This document shows positions 45,748-53,554 of a DNA stretch of 64,000 nt, in pieces. The stretch spans positions 33,679 through 97,678 of the forward strand of contig JAWXCB010000077.1 of assembly GCA_034440455.1 (NCBI GenBank). Reading direction: 5' to 3'. Below the pieces are notes generated by a model that was not told the origin of the DNA, did no database searches, and saw nothing but the letters and a program-made list of their open reading frames with translations. Both the position numbers and the translations under genes were made by a program. Positions within the stretch are counted from its first letter, which is position 1. Every line of letters starts with the position of its first letter. This stretch comes from Chitinophagales bacterium. Lineage in GTDB: Bacteria; Bacteroidota; Bacteroidia; Chitinophagales; CAIOSU01.

Positions 45748-46734
45748 TTACAACCTTTTTTTATAATTGTAGGTATCGCCCCTCCAAGGCATAAATGTTT
45801 CAATTAAAAAGGGTTTTGTTGCAAGAAAGAAACAGGTGAACAGCATTTTTGATGAGATAAAGCCTGACTTGAATGTTGCAAATTTATAAGCAACTCCAAT
45901 GGTATCAGTTACATTTTCTACCTGATGCCACACTAAAGAAGGAAAATAGAGAACATCACCTGGATGGAGGAATACCTCATGGGGTTTGGCATGCTTGAGT
46001 AAAGGAAACTTGGGATCGTTAAGATTATAAGGATCGGCTTGGCTGAAAAAATAATTAAATCTGCGGGGTCGGGCGCCCAGAAATAAACGATGATTGGTCG
46101 GGTAAAAAATCCACCTTTTTGTTCCTTCTACCTGAACAAAAATGGTCATTGCATACCCGTCATGGATAGGTGTCATTGTGTTTTTACCACCCATGAAAAA
46201 ATAGTTCAACTCATTTTTTGCGCCTTTCGCCCTGAATTTTCTTAACCAATTATAATCAATATCTTCTCTCAAACCCGATTGTTCATCTACCATGCGTGAG
46301 AATTTTAAATATCTTTTTGAACCCTTTTTCATATTCTCTATATAATCGCGCAGTTTTACGACATCATAAGCCTGATCAGTATCTTTTATCAATCCTGGAT
46401 TGTTGACAAGAGTAACATCTTCATCACCATATTTCTGAGCAAAATATTCTAAAGTCCATTTTTTTTGGCAGGGCCATTCAGATGCCGCACCCCGAAATAC
46501 GATAGGAAAATGATCGTGCTTCACCGGATCGGTATATTCTCCCTTCTTGTATTCGATTATTTGAAACTCATCGGGCATCGGGTTGTTGGTTGCATATTCG
46601 TCTATCGCTTTGTAGAGTTTTTTTTCGGTATTGCCAAAAATTTCAGGATACCATTTTTCCCCAAAAATATGCTCTGCAAAGAATAGCGCGTTGTATGCCC
46701 ACCAGTGGCTAATTTTAACATTGTTTGGTTTCAT
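45748..46734 (-). CDS. JmjC / cupin-8 domain Fe(II)/2OG oxygenase-like protein
   Basis: FFMGGKNTMTPIHDGYAMTIFVQVEGTKRWIFYP (HxD) and GDVLYFPSLVWHQVENV (distal His). Confidence 0.7.
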   Translation of the reverse strand: MKPNNVKISHWWAYNALFFAEHIFGEKWYPEIFGNTEKKLYKAIDEYATNNPMPDEFQIIEYKKGEYTDPVKHDHFPIVFRGAASEWPCQKKWTLEYFAQKYGDEDVTLVNNPGLIKDTDQAYDVVKLRDYIENMKKGSKRYLKFSRMVDEQSGLREDIDYNWLRKFRAKGAKNELNYFFMGGKNTMTPIHDGYAMTIFVQVEGTKRWIFYPTNHRLFLGARPRRFNYFFSQADPYNLNDPKFPLLKHAKPHEVFLHPGDVLYFPSLVWHQVENVTDTIGVAYKFATFKSGFISSKMLFTCFFLATKPFLIETFMPWRGDTYNYKKRL

Positions 46735-46888
46735 GGTTAATTTTTCATTAGTTTGTTCTAAGTAGGATTCGGTGCAAACGCAACAATAATACCATTAATC
46801 AACTAATTTTTTTGTTGTCTGTTAAAGAAAATGTGGCTTTTGAGCTAAATGTTTTCTATCTTCATAGAATGTTATAGAAATTAATATT

Positions 46889-48484
46889 ATGAAAGTCTGT
46901 TTAATAAACCCGCCCCGTTTAATGAAACCCATGAGCGCCACCATGAAGCCCTCTCCACCGCTTGGGTTGGCGTTTATTGCAGGCGCTTTAAAGAGAGAAG
47001 GTCATTCCATTCAAGTGATTGACTCTCTCGCTGAAGCCCCTAATCAATATATTGAATTCAAAAATGACATTGTATTAAATGGTATCACCGAGGTTCAAAT
47101 AGCAAAGCTGATTCATCGCGACACGAAAGTGATTGGACTAAGTTTAATGTTTAGCGGCAATTGGCTTCATAATCGGATACTAATTGATTATTTAGGCAAC
47201 TGTTTTCCCGATGCTATTATTATAGGTGGTGGCGAGCACCTTACTGCTGCCCCTGAAATGTGTATTGAACAAACACGGCATTTGAAAGTTTGTATTTGTG
47301 GAGAAGGCGAAGAAACTGTAACAGATGTAGTTAAAGCGATAGAAAGCGGCAGCAATTTTTTGGAAATACCTGGAATCGTTTATCGCAATGAGGACAATGT
47401 AGCGGTGCGCACAAAGGCGAAAAACCGAATAAAAACAGTGGAGGAATTGGCATGGCCAGCTTGGGAGTTATTCCCGTTGGAGAAATACAAAAAAAATAGT
47501 ATCATCTATGGCGTGGATAGGGATGTTTATTCTGTACCATTAATGGCAACCCGGGGTTGTCCTTATGAATGCACTTTTTGCAGTAGTCCGCAAATGTGGG
47601 GTACACGTTATTTTATGCGCAGCCCTCAGGACGTGGTAAATGAAATGGATTATTTCCATGAAAAATTTAATGTCCGCAATTTTGATTTTTATGACCTCAC
47701 CGCCATTATTAAGAAAGCGTGGATCATTGAATTCGCACAAGAAGTAATTAAACGGAAACTTGACATTACATGGCAAATACCTGCCGGCACAAGGTCGGAA
47801 GTGATTGATCGCGAAGTGGCACATTCTCTTTATGCCTCCGGATGTCGCAATATTACGTATGCACCCGAAAGCGGCTCGGTAGAAATTTTGAAATTAATCA
47901 AGAAAAAAGTTTCACTCTCCAAGATGCTCCAATCCATTACCTACTCGAGCCAAGAGAAAATGAATATCAAGATAAATGTGATTATTGGTTTTCCGGGCGA
48001 GAAACATAAAAATATATGGCAGACGATGTGGTTTTTAATAAAGGCAAGCTGGCATGGCGTGAATGACATGGCTCCATCGGTATTTTCACCCTATCCAGGC
48101 AGCGCGCTTTTTGAAATGCTCCAAAAACAAGGTAGAATCAATATGAATAACGATGACTATTTTTACCAGATAATTTATGTTGATACCTTTTTTAATAATT
48201 TTTTCTACAATGACGACATTAACAAGCATGTTTTGCGGTTTTATCTGCTGAGCTACTTAGCAATTTTTTACATTTCCAACTTTATCTTTCATCCTGCCAG
48301 ATTGGTTAAAACAGTTCAAAATTTATGGACAAGCAAATATGACTCAAGGGCGGAAATGGCATTGGGGGAATTAATTAAACGATCAAAAATTAAAGTAAAA
48401 CAACGCTCTGAAATTCCGGTTGAGTCATTTGCCAAAACCAAGTTATTTGTTGAACAAGTGCCTGAAAAATTACCTATTTTTTAA
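46889..48484 (+). CDS. B12-binding-domain (class B) radical SAM protein 3 (long form)
   Basis: MKVCLINPP..PPLGLAFIAGAL; ATRGCPYECTFCS; ITYAPESGS; ~100-aa C-terminal extension. Confidence 0.8.
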   Translation: MKVCLINPPRLMKPMSATMKPSPPLGLAFIAGALKREGHSIQVIDSLAEAPNQYIEFKNDIVLNGITEVQIAKLIHRDTKVIGLSLMFSGNWLHNRILIDYLGNCFPDAIIIGGGEHLTAAPEMCIEQTRHLKVCICGEGEETVTDVVKAIESGSNFLEIPGIVYRNEDNVAVRTKAKNRIKTVEELAWPAWELFPLEKYKKNSIIYGVDRDVYSVPLMATRGCPYECTFCSSPQMWGTRYFMRSPQDVVNEMDYFHEKFNVRNFDFYDLTAIIKKAWIIEFAQEVIKRKLDITWQIPAGTRSEVIDREVAHSLYASGCRNITYAPESGSVEILKLIKKKVSLSKMLQSITYSSQEKMNIKINVIIGFPGEKHKNIWQTMWFLIKASWHGVNDMAPSVFSPYPGSALFEMLQKQGRINMNNDDYFYQIIYVDTFFNNFFYNDDINKHVLRFYLLSYLAIFYISNFIFHPARLVKTVQNLWTSKYDSRAEMALGELIKRSKIKVKQRSEIPVESFAKTKLFVEQVPEKLPIF

Positions 48485-48506
48485 TCCTTTCTAAATCAAG
48501 TATTAC

Positions 48507-49256
48507 GTGCAAGCAGAAGTGCCCCAATATTTCCTTAGAGAAGAAACCTATACCGGTAAACATGATTTTTTCTATAATTCGGAAAAATTTCCGGGATTAA
48601 AAAAAATAGAATCTAACTGGCATATCATTCGGGATGAAATTATGGGATTGATAACAGGAAAAGAAAAGATTGATGTGCAAAACCTGAATCCCCCTTATCT
48701 TTCTTCTCCCGATGCCTGGAAAAATATTTATTTCTACAACTTCGGTTGGAAAAAACATAAAAATTGTGACCGCTATCCCAAGACGCATGCCTTGCTCAAG
48801 TCAATTCCTAATATGATTTTTGGAGGAATTACGGTATTGGAACCAAGATCAAAAGTTTTACCCCACAACGGAGAAACCAATACAACAATAAGGTGTCATT
48901 TAGGTTTGAAAATTCCAAAGTCTTATCCGCATTGCGCGGTGCGTGTAGGAACTGAGGAGCGCGGATGGGAGGAAGGCAAAGTTCTGATGTTTAGTGACGC
49001 ACATTATCATTCTACGTGGAATGATAGCGATGAGCGGAGATTTGTTTTGGTCTTTGACATCGTGCGGGATGAATATGCACTTCAAAAGCACTTGGTATGC
49101 GCAAAGGTTCTTGGGGCTCTTTCCTTGAAATTATTTTATAGCAAAAAACCGGAACTAAAAAAAATACCCCTTTTGCTTCTTCGACCAGTTCACTTTTTTT
49201 TTACTTGTTTTTGGTACGTTTATCTGCCCTTACAAAACCGATTCAGACTGCCCTGA
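48507..49256 (+). CDS. aspartyl/asparaginyl beta-hydroxylase (AspH/LpxO) family oxygenase
   Basis: LPHNGETNTTIRCHLGLKIP and FSDAHYHSTWNDS fit the Asp_Arg_Hydrox pattern. The hydrophobic C-terminal tail may be a membrane anchor. GTG start. Confidence 0.65.
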   Translation: MQAEVPQYFLREETYTGKHDFFYNSEKFPGLKKIESNWHIIRDEIMGLITGKEKIDVQNLNPPYLSSPDAWKNIYFYNFGWKKHKNCDRYPKTHALLKSIPNMIFGGITVLEPRSKVLPHNGETNTTIRCHLGLKIPKSYPHCAVRVGTEERGWEEGKVLMFSDAHYHSTWNDSDERRFVLVFDIVRDEYALQKHLVCAKVLGALSLKLFYSKKPELKKIPLLLLRPVHFFFTCFWYVYLPLQNRFRLP

Positions 49257-49403
49257 AATATTTTATGAATATTGCTCAAGTGACTACGATTCGGAATCTA
49301 AACTGATACTGTGCGAAAATTTAAAAAAGGCTTCACCTTTATCTGAATATATTTTATCAAAACTTATTACAAATAAAATGTTTTGTTCTGTTTCATAATT
49401 AGA

Positions 49404-51086
49404 ATGATGCTAAATTTTTTTAAAAACCGTTGCGGAGAATTAACAATCACAGCAGTATCTTCATTTTTAACCCTCTTATTTTTTACACCCGTTACGGATG
49501 ATTATGGTTCACTCGGATGCAATTTGGCTGCCGGGCAGTTCAGCGACTACCCTTATCTGTATGAGTTTTATTTAATGCTTGTAGGAATGGGAGGCATGTA
49601 TCGGTGGCTCTATCATATCCTGCCAGATTACAACTGGATGGGAATTTCCTTTCTTGCTTTTAACTTATTATCCCTTTATCTCAGTCTGAGACTGATAAAA
49701 AACCTCATCCTAAAAGATAGCAAGAATGCTTATTTGCTCCGTATCATCCAGGTGTTATTTTCATTATTCTTCATTGAAAACATCGCGTCTATCACGCACA
49801 CGCGGGCTTCCATACTCTTCTGCGGCATCGGGTTGTTCAACATAGCTTTCACCGATGGGATTAGCCGAAAAGGGATATTGATAAATGCGGCAATCTTTGC
49901 GCTTGGAATGCTTATTCGTCCGGAGAGCAGCCTCGGCATGTTGCTGCTTGTTTCAACCGGTTACCTGATTTATCGCTTTGATATAAAGCACGTGGCGAAG
50001 CGGTTTTTACTTCCCTTTGTGGCAAGCGCAGCCTTGTTCTCCTATTTCACTATGGACTGGCTGCATACGGATATTTATGCAAAGAAAGTTGAACCTGAAA
50101 TCGAATACAAAATAATGGATAGGCGAATCGTTGATCTTTCATCTATGAAAACAGCAGAAGATTCGGTAAAATATCAGGCGGTAATGGCGGGAATGTGGTT
50201 TGACTTAAAAACTATCACCCCGGACTTTATCCGGAGCCTGCTACTACCAGGTATTAATCTCAGCGCGGCACATGCCGCGAGCGTATTTTTTCATAGTCTA
50301 TCTTATTATAAACATTATGTGTTTATTGCATGCCTTGTTATCGCCTTGATTTTTTTGTCTTTTTTTCAAACCAATTCTTTAAGAGGAATTTTTAGAATCG
50401 TGCTTTTTCAAATAAGCACGTTCCTTATTATCTATTTAGTGGATTTTAACGGACGTTTAATCACCGAAAGACACTTTCTTAATATTCAGTTTATTTCGCT
50501 TTTAATCACCTCCTTTTACTTTTTCAATCCAACAGTTCCATTTGATTTTTGGAAAGGACATAAAATTTTATTGTTAAGCTGTTTCTTATTTGTGCTGTTT
50601 GGAACAGGTGCAACGATTGTCAACTATAAGCAGCATAATGACTCGGTGGCACACAGCGTGAATTGCTATGAGTCGGCTATGCAGGAAATAGAAGACTCCT
50701 ATGCCGGACGGATTATAGTGGTCACCCTTAGCAACGCATACCTTTTAGATCATAACTTTTCTATCAAAAATAAAAACTACACCAAAAACACTTATTTACT
50801 TTTTGACGCTTTTACCTTCTCGCTACTTCCAAATTATATGAATTATTTAAGCAGCCAATGCCAGTGCAATCCTGCCGACCCGGTTGCTTTTTTAAACTGG
50901 AGTGTCGGGAAAAATGCTCTCTATCTGGCAGAAGCCGCGCGCTATAATTTAATAGAAAAGTACATGCGCTTGATTCACCATCAGAAAATTAAATTCATCT
51001 CCATCGGCAGTTTAGAGAAACCTGACTGCATCCAATCCACCGAAATGAAGGATTATGAATTAAGAAATATTGTTGTTGGGGATTAA
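49404..51086 (+). CDS. uncharacterised polytopic membrane protein, paralog C (CxC motif)
   Basis: The track ORF starts at TTG 49383. The first ATG is at 49404. First loop TDDYGS. C-terminal YLSSQCQCNPADPVAFLNW...YLAEAARYNLIEKYM. Confidence 0.6.
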   Translation: MMLNFFKNRCGELTITAVSSFLTLLFFTPVTDDYGSLGCNLAAGQFSDYPYLYEFYLMLVGMGGMYRWLYHILPDYNWMGISFLAFNLLSLYLSLRLIKNLILKDSKNAYLLRIIQVLFSLFFIENIASITHTRASILFCGIGLFNIAFTDGISRKGILINAAIFALGMLIRPESSLGMLLLVSTGYLIYRFDIKHVAKRFLLPFVASAALFSYFTMDWLHTDIYAKKVEPEIEYKIMDRRIVDLSSMKTAEDSVKYQAVMAGMWFDLKTITPDFIRSLLLPGINLSAAHAASVFFHSLSYYKHYVFIACLVIALIFLSFFQTNSLRGIFRIVLFQISTFLIIYLVDFNGRLITERHFLNIQFISLLITSFYFFNPTVPFDFWKGHKILLLSCFLFVLFGTGATIVNYKQHNDSVAHSVNCYESAMQEIEDSYAGRIIVVTLSNAYLLDHNFSIKNKNYTKNTYLLFDAFTFSLLPNYMNYLSSQCQCNPADPVAFLNWSVGKNALYLAEAARYNLIEKYMRLIHHQKIKFISIGSLEKPDCIQSTEMKDYELRNIVVGD

Positions 51087-51205
51087 CTATAAGCGGATAA
51101 ATTTTTTGTAAATTCATGGCCAAAACCTAATTTTTTCGCTATCTTTCTAACCAGAAATCGTTCTGAAAGCGAAAAAAAATAAAGAATCAACCAAGTAAAA
51201 GAAGC

Positions 51206-52807
51206 ATGAAAGTTACATTTGTGGCATTAGGATCGGAACAATTGGGCATCAGCCAACTGTCAGCTATTGCAAAACGTGATGGACATCAGGTAAGTCTCGC
51301 TTTTAGCGCATCGCTGTTTCATGACCGGTTCAATCTTGAGATTCCTTCTCTGGGAAATTTTTTTGACGACCGTAGCGAGGTAATAAATGCCATTAAACAG
51401 GAAAAACCCGATGTGCTCGCGTTCTCCTGCCTCACTTCAACTTACCAGTGGATGCTTGGTGTTGCAAAAGAAGCGAAGGAAATATTTCCAAATGTTAAAA
51501 CTGTTTTTGGCGGGGTTCACGTTTCCGCAGTACCCGACAGGACAATATTAAAGCCGGAAGTGGATTATGCGGTGGTAGGCGAAGGCGATATTGCATTCCC
51601 ATTAATTCTTCAAGCTATTGCAAATGGAGGACCGGGAACAGAACCTATTCCCAATACGAGATATAAAACCAAAAGCGGCATCGTTATCAAAGGCGTACAA
51701 CAAGGTTTCGTTCAGGATCTTGATTCATTGCCTTTTTATGACAAGGTAATTTGGGAAGACCATATCCGGATACAGGACATGTATCTCACCGTTGCTACCC
51801 GCGGGTGTCCATTTACATGTTCTTTTTGCTTTAATAATTTCTTTGCGCGCCTACCCGAAGAAAAGCGCGGCAAATACGTAAGACAGCGCAGCGTTGACAA
51901 CGTAATCCATGAACTTAAATGGGCAAAAAAGCGATATGACATACAGTGGGTGGATTTTCAGGATGATGTTTTTACGGTAAACAAAGGTTGGATAAAAGAA
52001 TTTACAGACCGGTATAAGAAAGAAGTAAATGTGCCGTTTCAATGCCTAATCCATCCCCAGTATTTTGATGATGAGATGGCAAGCTGGATGCGCGAAGCTG
52101 GGTGTGAATGGATACAAATAGGCATACAAACCATGGACGAAACTTTCAAACATGAAAACCTGCGCAGATATGAAGATTCCAACCATATTGTTCAGGCGCT
52201 GGAAGCGATGCACCGCTATGGCATTAAACCTAAAGCTGACCACATGCTGGGATTGCCGGGAGAACCAATCGGATCACAGGCAACCGCGTTGAAATTGTAT
52301 GCCGAACAAACGCCCAAGCGGATTCAGACATTTTGGACATGTTTTCTTCCCGGCACCGATATGATGAAGCAAGCAGTACAACAAGGAATATTGAACGAAG
52401 AGCAAGCGGAAAGATTGAACGAGGGAATTGATTTTTACTTTTTTCGCAACAAGGAGAATATTAAAAATCCCGAACTTGTAAAGATCTATCAAAGCTATGA
52501 ATTTCTGTATAAAGTGATGCCTGCTGTGCCTGCTTTTTTAAAACAAAGGTTAAAACCTGAGCATGTTAGCTGGATGCCTAATATGGCAACAAGGGTTTTG
52601 GCTTCTGTCTTTGATGTTTATACAGGGTTTAGGCATGGCAACCCGGAATTTGCTGCTTATGCCAAACATTATTTATTTCACCTCTATTCTTTTTTCAGAA
52701 GAAAAATGGGGTTCAGCAGACCAAAGGCTACTGTTCCAAATCTGAGCGTAGAAAACATACCCGCCATTTTAACGCCAAATCCGGAAGTGGCGATGTCGGC
52801 AGCATAG
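51206..52807 (+). CDS. B12-binding-domain (class B) radical SAM protein 4 (long form)
   Basis: MKVTFVALGSEQLGISQLSA...; ATRGCPFTCSFCF; IQIGIQT. Confidence 0.8.
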   Translation: MKVTFVALGSEQLGISQLSAIAKRDGHQVSLAFSASLFHDRFNLEIPSLGNFFDDRSEVINAIKQEKPDVLAFSCLTSTYQWMLGVAKEAKEIFPNVKTVFGGVHVSAVPDRTILKPEVDYAVVGEGDIAFPLILQAIANGGPGTEPIPNTRYKTKSGIVIKGVQQGFVQDLDSLPFYDKVIWEDHIRIQDMYLTVATRGCPFTCSFCFNNFFARLPEEKRGKYVRQRSVDNVIHELKWAKKRYDIQWVDFQDDVFTVNKGWIKEFTDRYKKEVNVPFQCLIHPQYFDDEMASWMREAGCEWIQIGIQTMDETFKHENLRRYEDSNHIVQALEAMHRYGIKPKADHMLGLPGEPIGSQATALKLYAEQTPKRIQTFWTCFLPGTDMMKQAVQQGILNEEQAERLNEGIDFYFFRNKENIKNPELVKIYQSYEFLYKVMPAVPAFLKQRLKPEHVSWMPNMATRVLASVFDVYTGFRHGNPEFAAYAKHYLFHLYSFFRRKMGFSRPKATVPNLSVENIPAILTPNPEVAMSAA

Positions 52808-52843
52808 CGGGAAAGATGTCCTTTATCAGGACAACGTTTGAAA

Positions 52844-53533
52844 TCACGCTTGAAACACTCTGACGATGCGGTAGAGCGACCATGTTTCTTTCATTGCCTT
52901 TGCAATAGTTACCCACGACCCTCCTTTTGACATTCCTGATTTCCTCGGGTGATAGACGGAAAGTGTTTCAATCGGTTTCACTCCTGATTTTATCAACTTT
53001 GCGCAGATTTCACTTTCAATAATTGAACTGTTTAATTGAGGATTCACTTTTCTTAACTGGTCATTCCGGTAAACTTTTATCCAATTTACATCCCTTAATT
53101 TAATGCCCAGCAGAAACCGGTTAAACAGTTTATTTAATAAACTTAAATTTTTTCGATACCTGCTGTATTCATGATTTTCTCTGTAGAATGAGAAAAAATA
53201 TCCTGAATTGAATTCCTTTACAGCCTGCAATTCATCCGGGTTAAACTGCCCGTCACTGGGAACCGCGCACACATATTCATAGCGCGCTTGCACGTAGCCT
53301 GTTTTTAAAGCTGCGCCTATCCCTAAATTTATCTTGTGCTCAATAATCCGGATTTGGGGTATTTCCTGCTTTAGCTTTTCGCAAATCTCAGAAGTACTGT
53401 CGGTACTCCCGTCATTCACAATAATGATTTCATACTGCGCGGCATTTTTACTCAAAAAATCGAAGCATTTATAAGCAGTCTCCGCCAGTGTGCCTGCTTC
53501 GTTGTAGCAAAATAGAATGATAGACCAGTTCAA
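52844..53533 (-). CDS. family 2 glycosyltransferase, DPM1/polyprenyl-phosphate sugar synthase-like
   Basis: WSIILFCYNEAGTL, IIIVNDGSTDST and AVPSDGQF. Lies 21 nt downstream of the GT-C/TPR gene on the same strand. Confidence 0.7.
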   Translation of the reverse strand: MNWSIILFCYNEAGTLAETAYKCFDFLSKNAAQYEIIIVNDGSTDSTSEICEKLKQEIPQIRIIEHKINLGIGAALKTGYVQARYEYVCAVPSDGQFNPDELQAVKEFNSGYFFSFYRENHEYSRYRKNLSLLNKLFNRFLLGIKLRDVNWIKVYRNDQLRKVNPQLNSSIIESEICAKLIKSGVKPIETLSVYHPRKSGMSKGGSWVTIAKAMKETWSLYRIVRVFQA

Positions 53534-53554
53534 GCTAAATCAGATTAATGCCAA

